Source: Nitrosopumilus sp.
GTDB lineage: Archaea; Thermoproteota; Nitrososphaeria; Nitrososphaerales; Nitrosopumilaceae
Assembly (NCBI GenBank): GCA_963662625.1
Contig: OY759726.1
Span: 192,001 to 256,000 of the forward strand
Reading direction: 5' to 3'
DNA: 64,000 nucleotides
A program made the translations under genes and the position numbers. Shown piece after piece: positions 8,990-19,057 of the stretch; position 1 is the stretch's first letter, and each line of letters begins with the position of its first letter. The notes beneath the pieces are model-generated. The model did not search any database. It was not told the DNA's origin and was given only the letters and a program-made list of their open reading frames with translations.

Positions 8990-10285
8990 TCAGCCCTGCC
9001 CGGCGGCCCCGGCCCACTCATCCGGCGACATCACGTGCACGCCGAACTCGTCCAGGATCCTGCGGCGGGCGATTAGAAAGTCCTCGTCCCTAGTCAGGAG
9101 CACCCTGGCCTTGTCCCCCTTCCCCGGCGCGCATGACGCCTTGGCGAGTATCGCCTTGTCCGTCGTGAGATCCGGGATGCATTCCTTCCACTCGTACCTG
9201 CGCCATCCGGGCCTTCCCTCCTTCTTCATGTGGTGTTTTTTCTCGACGTGTGTCCTCCACTCCTCGAATTCGGCGAACATTCTCTCAAACATGATTCCAA
9301 CTTGATCCTTCATCTCCTCCACCTTGTTGTTGTCGGCCACTATGCGATCGCGGGTCGCCTTCTCCGCCACCAGACGGCGCGCCACATCCTCACATTTCTT
9401 GCCTGTCTGCCTGCTGTCGTTGTTCTTCCACACCACCCCGCGCACCTCTTCGAACACGTTGCTTGCCATGTACAGCCTCTTGCTGTTGGACAGGGTGTCT
9501 ATGATCCCCCTTATCGCGCCGTCCGGGAGTCCCTTCCCAGGCCCGGGCTTGCTCTTCCCGATCACTTCCATGTAATCCACCATCACGTTGGCGTCCGGCA
9601 CCACGACGCACTCCTCCGGGTCGATCCTGGCCGCCACCCTGACCGGCTTGGGAACGCCCCGCGCTTCGGGCCTTGAGTGGGCCACGGTCCCGGCCGGTTC
9701 CCGGCGTAACGGGGCGGCCGGCTTCACGGCCCGGCCGCGCTTTTGCGGGGCCATGTACGCCCCTCCGCCGCCGGTCACCCGGCCCAGGTCGCCCCTCCCG
9801 TGGCCGCGCCGGCGGCCCCGCCTCCTGGATGCCGCCACCGCGGCGGCGACCGCACCCGCCACGACGACGGCCATGGCGAGCGTCCATGAATCCCCGGCGG
9901 GCGGCTGGGCGCCGGCGCCTCCCCCTCCCGCCGGGACCTCCCGTTGGACGGGGGCGGCTGCCACGCCACCCATGTCGCTGCCTGCAGTGGAGGCCGGGGG
10001 CTGCAGGGAGGGATACCTTACCGGGAGGCTGGCCTCGTGGTCCACGCAGTACGTCCTGCCAGTGTCGAGGCTCGCGGCAAACTGCGTCCCGTCGTCATGG
10101 CATCGCCCGTCGGTGAGCCAGGGCTTCAGGCAGAAGCGCTCGATGCCGACCACGACCACGTCGTAGTGCGGCCTGCACTCCCAGGGCTCCCCTGGGGGCT
10201 GGGCCGTGGCGCCCATCCCCCCGGCATGGGCCGCGGCCGCCAGTGACAGTGCGGCCAGAAGGCACAGCGTGGGCGCCGTCCTCAT
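8990..10285 (-). CDS. Signal peptide + Cys-rich ectodomain + TM + cytoplasmic PIN domain protein
   Basis: MRTAPTLCLLAALSLAAAAHA signal, 4 Cys, TM WTLAMAVVVAGAVAAAVAA then RRRGRRR; PIN motifs VVPDANV, VFEEV, TDKAIL, LLTRDEDF. Confidence 0.7.
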   Translation of the reverse strand: MRTAPTLCLLAALSLAAAAHAGGMGATAQPPGEPWECRPHYDVVVVGIERFCLKPWLTDGRCHDDGTQFAASLDTGRTYCVDHEASLPVRYPSLQPPASTAGSDMGGVAAAPVQREVPAGGGGAGAQPPAGDSWTLAMAVVVAGAVAAAVAASRRRGRRRGHGRGDLGRVTGGGGAYMAPQKRGRAVKPAAPLRREPAGTVAHSRPEARGVPKPVRVAARIDPEECVVVPDANVMVDYMEVIGKSKPGPGKGLPDGAIRGIIDTLSNSKRLYMASNVFEEVRGVVWKNNDSRQTGKKCEDVARRLVAEKATRDRIVADNNKVEEMKDQVGIMFERMFAEFEEWRTHVEKKHHMKKEGRPGWRRYEWKECIPDLTTDKAILAKASCAPGKGDKARVLLTRDEDFLIARRRILDEFGVHVMSPDEWAGAAGQG

Positions 10286-10362
10286 GCCGTACCGGCGGGA
10301 TTCTGGTATGTATTGATTGCGGCGGCCGCCGGGCAGCCCGGAGGGCCCGGGGGTCCCCCTGG

Positions 10363-10839
10363 CTACCGGACGGTGGCGCCGGCCGCTTCTCCCGGGGGCG
10401 CCCCGTCGATCCGTATGGTGTCAAAGGACACCCTCTTCTCCCTGACGGCGTCCCTTATCCTCCTCTGGACACTGCTGAGCCCGGCCTTGCCCGACTTTAC
10501 GTCCACCAGCGCCACCTCGATCGGATCCTCGCCGTCCATGTTCCGAAAGATGACGTAATCCACCGGGGCCCCCATGAACCTGGCCTCTGACGGCCTGTAC
10601 TTTTCGCAGAACTCGCTCAGGAGGGGGGCCATGTGCTCGCCTATCTTCCCCTTCAGGACGTTCCTTGACTTGTCCACCGCCGCCCTGGATTCCTCCCTTA
10701 TCCTCTCCTCCACGCCTGCCTCCTGGCTTGCCCTGTACGCCTCAAACCTGGAATTCCTTTGGGCGCGCATCGCGGCGTAAACTATCGCCATCCCGGCCAG
10801 CAGCCCCGCCACGGCCGCCGCCACCGCCTCGAACGTCAA
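10363..10839 (-). CDS. Membrane-anchored endonuclease related to archaeal Holliday junction resolvase
   Basis: N-terminal TM; LKGKIGEHMAP, RFMGAPVDYVIF, VDVKSG..LS..QRRIRDAV. Confidence 0.8.
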   Translation of the reverse strand: MTFEAVAAAVAGLLAGMAIVYAAMRAQRNSRFEAYRASQEAGVEERIREESRAAVDKSRNVLKGKIGEHMAPLLSEFCEKYRPSEARFMGAPVDYVIFRNMDGEDPIEVALVDVKSGKAGLSSVQRRIRDAVREKRVSFDTIRIDGAPPGEAAGATVR

Positions 10840-11080
10840 TGGCGTGGAGTACGCGGCGACTATTTAAGTCCGGGACGGCCGCCGCCGGGAAGCATTCCGG
10901 GCCATTCGAGTCCTCCCGTCCCCTCCCCCGCGATCCCGGCGACTGCCGTCTCGTCGCCACGGCCGGGGGGCCGTCTCCTTGGCGCCCTTTCTGGTCGGAA
11001 ACGCGCCATGCAAGATAGCGGCCGGCGGGGGACCGGGGTCTAGGGATGCCGGCCGCTGGGTCGGCCGGCGGCGGGACGGG

Positions 11081-12229
11081 TCACCACTGCCTGTCCAGCG
11101 CCCGCGCCACCGCCCTGGCAAGCGGCGGGGGGACGGCGTCGCCGATCTGCCCCGCCACCTCCCCCCTGTTCCCCATGAAGACGTAAGAGTCCGGGAACCC
11201 CTGCAGCCTGGCGGCCTCCCTGGGCGTGAGCGCCCTGTCCTGCGCCGGGTGTATGCACCTGTTGGAGCCGGCGAACCCAAAGTTCCTGGTTATGGTGGGG
11301 GACGGCGCGTCGGCGCCAATCCTGGAGTACGAGGTGGAGAACCCTGACGCCATCCCGTCCGGTATGGACCGTATGCTCCTCCCAGAGTGGCGTATTATCC
11401 GCATCACCCTCTGGCTGTGCGCCGTCGCGTCATGCATCCCGGGGAAGCGGCGCCTCCCGCGCAGGCGGCGCGCGTATGGGGTGTGGGCCGGGCCCTGGAG
11501 GTAGCCGCCCCCGGACTGCCCGGCGGCGATCGGTTCCAGGTCCCAGATGGCGTCCCGTACCGTGACCCTTTTGCGCCTACCTGGCCCGTGGGTGGGGCGC
11601 GGGAACCCGAACCGCCCCCCCTCCCTGCTGCCGACCACCACCAGGCGCCTCCTGGACTGTGGCGCCCCAAAGTCGGCCGCGTCGAGCAGCTTCCAGTTCG
11701 CGGTGTACCCAATCCCGGCGAACCGCGCCAGCAACCCGGCCAACGCCTCCCCTCCTCGGTGGGTCACCAGTCCCGGCACGTTCTCCATGACGAACCATTT
11801 CGGGCCCGCCGCCCCCACCGCGGACGCAAAGTCCAGCAGGAGCCCGTTCCTCCCGTCCTCCACGCCGCCGGACCTCCGCGGTCGTATCGAGGAGAATCCC
11901 TGGCACGGCGGCCCCCCGATCACGAGGTCCGGGCGCAGGGCCGCGAGATCCGCCGCCCGGATGTCCCTGACGTCGCCGCGCAGCGTCCACGCCCCAGGGT
12001 GGTTCAGGATGAAAGTCCCGGCCGTGACCGGCGACGCCTCGGCGGCCGCGACCGTGAGGAAGCGGCCGTCCTCCTCGAACCCCAGGGACATGCCCCCCGC
12101 GCCGCAGAACAGGTCCAGGACCCGCAACCCCCCTCCAATGGGGGCGGCGCCTGGAGGGGGCCCCTGCCCGGCATTGCGGGCCCCGCGACTCCCCCCAGCG
12201 ACGCGAGGTACGACCATGGCGAGTCCCAT
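11081..12229 (-). CDS. dcm: DNA (cytosine-5)-methyltransferase
   Basis: [47 protein letters not shown]. Confidence 0.95.
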   Translation of the reverse strand: MGLAMVVPRVAGGSRGARNAGQGPPPGAAPIGGGLRVLDLFCGAGGMSLGFEEDGRFLTVAAAEASPVTAGTFILNHPGAWTLRGDVRDIRAADLAALRPDLVIGGPPCQGFSSIRPRRSGGVEDGRNGLLLDFASAVGAAGPKWFVMENVPGLVTHRGGEALAGLLARFAGIGYTANWKLLDAADFGAPQSRRRLVVVGSREGGRFGFPRPTHGPGRRKRVTVRDAIWDLEPIAAGQSGGGYLQGPAHTPYARRLRGRRRFPGMHDATAHSQRVMRIIRHSGRSIRSIPDGMASGFSTSYSRIGADAPSPTITRNFGFAGSNRCIHPAQDRALTPREAARLQGFPDSYVFMGNRGEVAGQIGDAVPPPLARAVARALDRQW

Positions 12230-12339
12230 GGGGGCAACATGTCGGCGGCGATTTAAGGGACGGCGAGCCCTGGCCCCCTGAAAGCCGCCATGGATTCGCC
12301 GTGCCCGCGCGGCCGCCCCATGAAACAATATATTCCGTC

Positions 12340-13179
12340 ATGAGTATTGCCGTTCAGGGACGCGGCGTGAGGGATCTTGAAAGGGACTATCTGGACATGG
12401 TTGTTGACTCGATCAGGGTTTCGGCTGGATACCGCCCGAAATTTGGGCGCGGTAGGGAGAGGAGCCTGACCCTGGAACAATTCCGGCAAATGTACGGGGG
12501 GGACGCCTTCTACCACTGGTTCGGGCTGGATGACCCGATGGTGTATGGCGCCCACAGGAGCGCCGGCGGCCTGACAAGCCTGTACAGGCAGATAGGCCAT
12601 GGTTGCGAGAAACTCGTGCGGAGGATCATCCGGGATTCGTTTGGGCTGACCGACGATGACGTCATGTGGTCGTACGAGGTGAACGCCCCGGGAGCCGGGG
12701 CCAGGACGCTGAGGCTTGACGCGCGCATCCCGCTGGAAAAGATAGGCGACGTGGAAAAAAGGAGGAGGTTCCTCAATTGGATGAGGCGGTCGGCGGCGGC
12801 CGTCGGGGTGGACGGGAAGGTGGCCGACAACCTCCACGGGGCGGTCTTCGAGATACGGCAGGGGTACAAAAGCAAGGACTCGAAACGGCAGAATGCCGAC
12901 ATCGCCAACGCCACCCAGGCGTACATGGACGGGTATTTCCCGTGCATCATGGTACTCTCAGAGCAGGTTGACGGTGACGTTTTGGCCCGTTACCGTGAAA
13001 GTGGGTGGTGCATCGTCACTGGGGCGCTGGGAAAGTCCGACCCCCACTCATCCACGTATGATTTCATGCGGGATGTAGTCGGTTACGACCTGGCCGGATT
13101 TTTTGAGAGGAACAGCAATTCCATCCGCGGGGAGATAAACGGTGTCCTCAAGGCCATCCTGGACGTTGGTGCCACGTGA
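12340..13179 (+). CDS. Putative type II restriction endonuclease (PD-(D/E)xK-like)
   Basis: Lies between two MTases; GCEKL, LDARI, FEIRQGYKSKD. Confidence 0.65.
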   Translation: MSIAVQGRGVRDLERDYLDMVVDSIRVSAGYRPKFGRGRERSLTLEQFRQMYGGDAFYHWFGLDDPMVYGAHRSAGGLTSLYRQIGHGCEKLVRRIIRDSFGLTDDDVMWSYEVNAPGAGARTLRLDARIPLEKIGDVEKRRRFLNWMRRSAAAVGVDGKVADNLHGAVFEIRQGYKSKDSKRQNADIANATQAYMDGYFPCIMVLSEQVDGDVLARYRESGWCIVTGALGKSDPHSSTYDFMRDVVGYDLAGFFERNSNSIRGEINGVLKAILDVGAT

Positions 13180-14408
13180 GCGCGGCGGGTGGAAGGATGC
13201 TGCAGAGGGCGGACTACACCCACAAGTTCAACAAGGGGGCCGGGAGGCACGGCTGGCTGCGCCTTACCCCGGCCTACTCCGTGAAGATCGTCGACGAGTT
13301 GATCGGGAGGTCTGGCCCGGGGGGGCGCGTGCTGGATCCGTTCTGCGGCACGGCGACCACCGCCCTATGCGCCGCGTACCGCGGGCACGAGTGTGTGACA
13401 GTCGACATAAACCCGTTCCTCGTATGGCTGGGGAGGGCTAAGACCGCCTCCTATTCCAAGGACTCCGCCGACGCGGCGCGGGCCGCGTGCGGGAGGATCG
13501 TGGCCGAAGCCGAGCGCGGCGGGGGGGCGGCCGCGACCCCGCCGCCAATCCACAACATAGGCAGGTGGTGGGGAAAGGCGGAACTTGACTCGCTGTGCAA
13601 GCTAAAGGCGTGCGTGGAACGCGAGTGCGGCGCCGATCCCGGCGCGCGCGACATCCTCATGGTGGCGTTTTGCAAGACCATGATAGGGGTATCAAACGCG
13701 GCATTCAACCACCAGTCAATGTCGTTCAAGGAGCGCCACGGGCGCGGCCGCGCCGCGGACGTCGGGGGGACATTCGGCATCGACGTGGAGTCCGTCATTG
13801 CCGGCATGGGGGGGAACCCGAAGGGGAAGGCGGCCGTGCTTGCCGGGGATTCCAGGCGGCTGGAAGCGGTGGTCGACGGGAGCTTTGACGCGGTGGTCAC
13901 CTCCCCGCCATACGCCAACAGGATGTCATACATCCGCGAATTGAGGCCGTACATGTACTGGCTTGGGTTCCTCAACGACGGGAGGGAAGCTGGGGACCTG
14001 GACTGGTCGGCGATCGGGGGCACATGGGGGGTAGCCACCAGCAGGCTTGCCGGGTGGAAGCCCCCGGAGGGGGCATTTACCCACCCGCGCCTTGACGCGG
14101 CGCTTGAGGGGATGTCCAACCCCTCCAACAGGAGCGGGGACATACTTTCAAACTACGTAGCCAGGTATTTTGATGACATGTGGACCCATTTCAATTCCCT
14201 GGTCCGCGTGCTGAATGGCGGGGCGGAAGTCCACTACATCGTCGGGAACTCCACGTTTTACGGGACCCTGCTGCCGGTGGAGGGACTTTATGCCGAGATG
14301 CTCAGGCGCCTTGGGTTCCGTGACGTGCGGTGCAGGCCAATACGGAAACGCAACTCCAAGAAGGAGCTGTTCGAGTTCGACGTGTCCGGGCGATGGGGTG
14401 GCGGCTGA
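13176..14408 (+). CDS. DNA amino-methyltransferase (SPPY, N4-cytosine type)
   Basis: VLDPFCGTATT (motif I) before VTSPPY; GTGA overlap with the upstream gene. Confidence 0.9.
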   Translation: MSAAGGRMLQRADYTHKFNKGAGRHGWLRLTPAYSVKIVDELIGRSGPGGRVLDPFCGTATTALCAAYRGHECVTVDINPFLVWLGRAKTASYSKDSADAARAACGRIVAEAERGGGAAATPPPIHNIGRWWGKAELDSLCKLKACVERECGADPGARDILMVAFCKTMIGVSNAAFNHQSMSFKERHGRGRAADVGGTFGIDVESVIAGMGGNPKGKAAVLAGDSRRLEAVVDGSFDAVVTSPPYANRMSYIRELRPYMYWLGFLNDGREAGDLDWSAIGGTWGVATSRLAGWKPPEGAFTHPRLDAALEGMSNPSNRSGDILSNYVARYFDDMWTHFNSLVRVLNGGAEVHYIVGNSTFYGTLLPVEGLYAEMLRRLGFRDVRCRPIRKRNSKKELFEFDVSGRWGGG

Positions 14409-14450
14409 CCCGGGACCCGCCGACCCCAGCGTGATGGCCACGGCCGCGGC

Positions 14451-14642
14451 TCACTCCCCCAGCAGCCTCCGCCTCGCGTGGCCCAGCTTGGCGTCGTAGT
14501 GCTTCTGCCTCGCCATGGCCACGGCCTCGTTGGTCGACTCCAGGCCCTTCTTGCCGCAGTAGACGCGGTAGTTCCTGCCGTCCACGGCGTACCCGTAGAC
14601 GATGTAGGTGCCGCTGGGCCTGCGGACCTCGGAAATCGCCAT
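14451..14642 (-). CDS. Small basic hypothetical protein
   Basis: YIVYGYAVDGRNYRVYCGKK; AT-rich promoter at ~14660-14700. Confidence 0.55.
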   Translation of the reverse strand: MAISEVRRPSGTYIVYGYAVDGRNYRVYCGKKGLESTNEAVAMARQKHYDAKLGHARRRLLGE

Positions 14643-14969
14643 GCACATAATCCGCCCGGTTGTTTATATTAGTTTCCTAATATCTACCCTTTTATACGAT
14701 TCCCGCGTAACATATGGCATGGGAACGGAAGGAGCGTGCCCGGCGGCGACGCCGGGGCGAGCAGGGTTGCAAGCCCTCACGGGTTTCCAGGGGATCCCCC
14801 TGATGACCCCTGGCCGTGCCAGCGGACCATCCCGGGTCTTGGCATGCCACGGGGGCCCTGCCGCCCGGCATGTTCCGGACGTTCCCAAAACCTGCGGGTA
14901 CCGGCCGCGCCGCCCCCGTCGCGGCCGGCCCGCCACCCCCCAGGATCCGGCGCCCCCGGGTGAGGCCGC

Positions 14970-16334
14970 TTGCTGATCCTGCAGGGCGGGGAGACGGTGA
15001 GGCGCAGGTATCCCGCCAAGATAAGGAAGATGGGGAAGGGCATATTCTACGTGACCAGCCGCAGGCTCTGCTTCGAGTCCGAGAGGCACGGGCTGTCGTT
15101 CGACCTGGGGTACGGGATGGTGTACAGGTGGGGCCGCGACAAGAATGGCGTGCACGTGGAGTGGCACGAGTACCCCGAGGGGTTCGAGAGGACGTACGAG
15201 GGGGACGGCCTGTTTGAGTTCTTCGACCACCCGGCGCACGCCGTGAAGGTGGAGCTTGCCAGGAAGAAGCTGGACGGCGGGCCGGCGTACCCGTTCGAGG
15301 CGGCCGCGGCCATCTACTACGCCTACATGGGCTTCCACAGGGACGGCTGCAACGGGTACCCAAAGTGGGGCGGGTGGACCTTCTGGGGGAAGTACTTTGA
15401 CCGGAACGGGAACAAGAAGGACCACTTCCAGGACGCCTGGAGGATCCCGTGGAAGTACGTGAGGGAGGACAAGGGCCGCGACGCCCAGGGATTCCCGAAG
15501 GACTGGAGGGAGGTGAAACGGAGGGTCTTCGAGGAGGCGTACCTGGAGATGTGCGCCGACCCCGGAAAGCCGCTGGGGGAGATCGTGAACAAGCGTGGCA
15601 AGCCTGATCCGTCATACCCCGACAGGTCCTACTACAATGAGACGTCGTACCCCGACGGGACGCATTACCTTATAGACCCGCAGACCGGGAGGCCGTACCC
15701 GGCGCTGGGCGGTTCCCTGCTGGAGCAGGACGTCTACTGCTACATTCGTTGGGAGGGGCTGCACTCTGCCACCGAGAGCGTGCGCCGGAAGGCAGGCGGC
15801 CCGTGGCTGGAGGAAAGAATGGCGCGTGTCGAGAAGGACCTCAAGGTCTGCGAGAACCCGATCCGCACCAAGCACGAGATAAGGCACCTCGAGGAGATCG
15901 GGAACAGGAAGGCCCTCACGTCGCGCCACGGGAGGGTGCCGCGCAAGCTGACCTTCGTCCCCGGGAACGGGGACGGCAGCGAATTGCTCACCAGGATCTA
16001 CGAGGACATGCTCGTGCGATGCGACACATGGCCGCATCCCGAGTTCAACATGGGCCCGCACACCATGTACGAGTTCGTCGACAACTGCAAGCGGGTGTAC
16101 CCGTACTACCTCAGGCTGGTGGAGCTCCTCAGGGAGGGGGCCAGGGACGGCACCTTCAAGGTGCCTGACCACTTTGGGACCTACGGGAACGAGGTGGCCA
16201 GGCTCCTGAGGAAGAAGATGGACGCCGGGGAGGACGTCTCCGGCTGGACCCCTGACGTGAGGGTGATGACATACCAGGAGGAGCACGACAGGGAGGTGGC
16301 CGAGTTCGGCCGCCTCCTGGCCGAGACCGTATAG
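14970..16334 (+). CDS. Hypothetical protein with N-terminal PH/GRAM-like segment
   Basis: 454 aa with coding-like composition; GIFYVTSRRLCFES. Confidence 0.7.
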   Translation: MLILQGGETVRRRYPAKIRKMGKGIFYVTSRRLCFESERHGLSFDLGYGMVYRWGRDKNGVHVEWHEYPEGFERTYEGDGLFEFFDHPAHAVKVELARKKLDGGPAYPFEAAAAIYYAYMGFHRDGCNGYPKWGGWTFWGKYFDRNGNKKDHFQDAWRIPWKYVREDKGRDAQGFPKDWREVKRRVFEEAYLEMCADPGKPLGEIVNKRGKPDPSYPDRSYYNETSYPDGTHYLIDPQTGRPYPALGGSLLEQDVYCYIRWEGLHSATESVRRKAGGPWLEERMARVEKDLKVCENPIRTKHEIRHLEEIGNRKALTSRHGRVPRKLTFVPGNGDGSELLTRIYEDMLVRCDTWPHPEFNMGPHTMYEFVDNCKRVYPYYLRLVELLREGARDGTFKVPDHFGTYGNEVARLLRKKMDAGEDVSGWTPDVRVMTYQEEHDREVAEFGRLLAETV

Positions 16335-16365
16335 CCGCCCCGCCAGGCGGGAGCGGGGGGAGGGT

Positions 16366-18336
16366 CTATCCCCCCTCCACCTCGCCCATCGAGTTCCTGT
16401 CGATCATCTCCCGGATCTTCTTCGCGGTGAAGCCCTTCTCCCCGTTCTGCTCCACGAGGTCGTTGATCATCTGGTCCTTCACCCTGGACTCTGCCACCTT
16501 TCCCTCCAGGTCCCCGTTCTCCGCCACCAGGCCGTTGAATGCCTCGTCAAGGTCCCCGTCGTCCAGCGTGCCACTGACCAGTGACCGCTGGAGGTTCCCC
16601 ATTGGGCCTCGGAATTCCGAGGCGGCGTCGGCGAGGTCGGCGTCCATCCTCCCCTCCATTTCCATCTGATCGAGCTTGTCCATGACATTTTCATGCTTCT
16701 CATCGGAGGTGGTTTTCTCGTTCCAGTCACCGCTGGCCTTGTCGCCTTCCGGCAGCCTGTCGTCCATGGCCTCGCTGCTCTCCTCGCCCCGGTGCGTGGC
16801 GTCGCTGTCCGTGATGGCCTTGGAGATCGCCGCGTCCTGCGTGCGCGGCGACATCAGCGCCGCCGACGCCGGGTCCACGCCGTGGCCCATCTCCGCCCCG
16901 GAGTGCACGCCGCCGGCCAGCGACTTCGCGTCCACCCCCACGCCGCCCATGCTGGGGACCCCGGCCGAGGCGATCCCGCCCATGGCCCCCGCCCCGAGGC
17001 CCTTCAGCGCCGCCAGCGCGCCCCCGCCCAGTCCCTTGCCGCCCCTCGAGGCGTCGTGCGCCGCGGTGGCCGCCGAGGAGACGGCCATCCCGGTTATCAT
17101 GGCGCCAGACTGCACGGCCGAGCTCACCACCTGCGTGGCCATGGTGGTGACGTTGCCCAGTATCGGCACCAGGATCACCGGCAGCGTCACGGCGAAGAAC
17201 ACCACGGCCATGCTGGTGATCCAGGTGTAGACGAACCCGTCGACGGCGGCGTCCTGGCCCCCGGCCTCGGCTATGGTCGCGGCACCGACGACGATTATGG
17301 CCGCCGACATGAGGGGGAGCAGCAGCAGCGCGGGGAGGGCGTTGATCATCTTGTTGGCGAACTCCTCGACGCGCGGGATCAGCGAGAGCATGAGGAAGAG
17401 CGGGAGCGCGGCGATGATCATCCCCACGAGCATGTCGGCCATTATCCCTATCATGATGGAGAGGATGAGCACCTGGAGCGCCACCAGGGCCTTGGTCAGC
17501 ATCAGGAACATGTTCTTGAAGACGTCCTCCCCGCGCTGTATCCCTCCCTGGACGTCGCCCATCCAGCCTATGTTGGCGTCGCTGCCGGCGGGGCCGACGA
17601 TCTCCCCCTTGATCTGGTCGGCGATGGTCACCACGTTCCCGCCGTCGGTCGCTATGAGGTCCGCCGCCGCCGGGGGGACCGCCGGCTGCCCCGGGATGGG
17701 GGGGATGGAGTCTTCGGTGGCGCGCAGCATCTGGCCGAACACGTAGGTGACCTTGAACTCGGGGCGGCACACGGACTCCATCTCGGCGAACGTGTTGGGC
17801 GCCGACCCGAGTATGTACGGGTTCCCGTCCACCTGCGCCCGCGCGTCGACGCCGGCCACGCAGGGGGAGTCGTCGTCGAACGAGTACAGCGGGTTGAGCA
17901 CCCAGTACGAGACGTTGGTGACGCCCGCGGCAAGCTCGTCCCACAGCGGGGGGAAGACCATGATCACCAGCATGAACAGCAGCGACTTTGAGATCATCCT
18001 GTTTGCCGTCCCCTGCTGCATGATCCCGGTCTCCGTGGACTCCATGAACTTGGCGAGTCCGGCGAAGACGAGCACGACCACGAAGAGCCCGAACGCCAGG
18101 ATCCGCATGCCCTGGAACACCTTGAATGTCTCATTGCCGTCCTCCTGCCCGCCCACTATGGTGTAGTCGAACCCTGGCGTCTGGAACGCCAGGGCGATGT
18201 AGGTCTTGTCGAGTATCCCAGACCACGCGACTATCACCCCGACCATGGCCACGACCATCATTATCCCGGCGCCCACGACTATCATGGAACCTATGGCCGG
18301 GACCCTCTTCCGGGGGCGCGCGGCGCCCCACGCCAT
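16366..18336 (-). CDS. Polytopic membrane protein, VirB6/TrbL-like (paralog 2) with acidic C-terminal tail
   Basis: TM segments, blocks shared with 7319-8644; TTAAATA box ~30 nt upstream of ATG 18336. Confidence 0.65.
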   Translation of the reverse strand: MAWGAARPRKRVPAIGSMIVVGAGIMMVVAMVGVIVAWSGILDKTYIALAFQTPGFDYTIVGGQEDGNETFKVFQGMRILAFGLFVVVLVFAGLAKFMESTETGIMQQGTANRMISKSLLFMLVIMVFPPLWDELAAGVTNVSYWVLNPLYSFDDDSPCVAGVDARAQVDGNPYILGSAPNTFAEMESVCRPEFKVTYVFGQMLRATEDSIPPIPGQPAVPPAAADLIATDGGNVVTIADQIKGEIVGPAGSDANIGWMGDVQGGIQRGEDVFKNMFLMLTKALVALQVLILSIMIGIMADMLVGMIIAALPLFLMLSLIPRVEEFANKMINALPALLLLPLMSAAIIVVGAATIAEAGGQDAAVDGFVYTWITSMAVVFFAVTLPVILVPILGNVTTMATQVVSSAVQSGAMITGMAVSSAATAAHDASRGGKGLGGGALAALKGLGAGAMGGIASAGVPSMGGVGVDAKSLAGGVHSGAEMGHGVDPASAALMSPRTQDAAISKAITDSDATHRGEESSEAMDDRLPEGDKASGDWNEKTTSDEKHENVMDKLDQMEMEGRMDADLADAASEFRGPMGNLQRSLVSGTLDDGDLDEAFNGLVAENGDLEGKVAESRVKDQMINDLVEQNGEKGFTAKKIREMIDRNSMGEVEGG

Positions 18337-18652
18337 CTTCCTCACGGGATCAAGAGTCGCGGGCGTATTTAACAGGGAATGGGGGTGGGGGCGACCACGT
18401 GCCAATTTGGCACGTGGTCCCGGGCCATGTCGCGCCGCCGTCTCGAACGCCCTCCTGTTCTGTTCCCTGGCCCGCACTTCACTCCAGGAATCTGGGACAT
18501 CCCCGGCCCGGAAGATCCGCGCGCGCCGTCGACCTGAGGGCGAGCCTGTCGCACCCCCCCCGTGCCGCAGGTGGTCGGCGGGACGCCCCTTCCGCCCGCC
18601 ACCGGCCTTGCCGGCCTGGTTCCGCACCTGGAGCATGGCTGGCCTGGCGGCG

Positions 18653-19057
18653 TCATCCTCCCCCCGGCCTCCCGAACCTGACCACCTCGGTCCTTGAGAT
18701 CCTGTAGATCCCCCGCCGCCTCATGATGGCGATGGCCAGCGAGCGTCCCGCCGAGCGGCGCCGGGAGGATTCCCTGTTGTTTGATCTCCTCAGCACCCCA
18801 GCCCACCCGGCGGGCCGGTCCCCGGCCTCCCTCCTGGCCGTCCCGGCGCCGACGTCCCCCCGCCTCCTCGCGCTGGACCGGTTCTGCCACAGTTCGGCCG
18901 AACGGGCGCACCGGCGCGAGCAGTACCTGCCCCTTCCACGCCCGGCCTTGCCTGGCCCGATGCTCCCCCCGCACGCCAGGCACGCGGCGCCGGCCGTCAG
19001 ATCTCCCGCGCCCGGCACGCGTCCTGGCCGGGGCGTCTGGCCGGGCGCCCCGGTCAA
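18653..19057 (-). CDS. Arg-rich zinc-finger protein
   Basis: CLACGG...YCSRRC; TTGA overlap with the upstream stop. Confidence 0.5.
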   Translation of the reverse strand: MTGAPGQTPRPGRVPGAGDLTAGAACLACGGSIGPGKAGRGRGRYCSRRCARSAELWQNRSSARRRGDVGAGTARREAGDRPAGWAGVLRRSNNRESSRRRSAGRSLAIAIMRRRGIYRISRTEVVRFGRPGGG

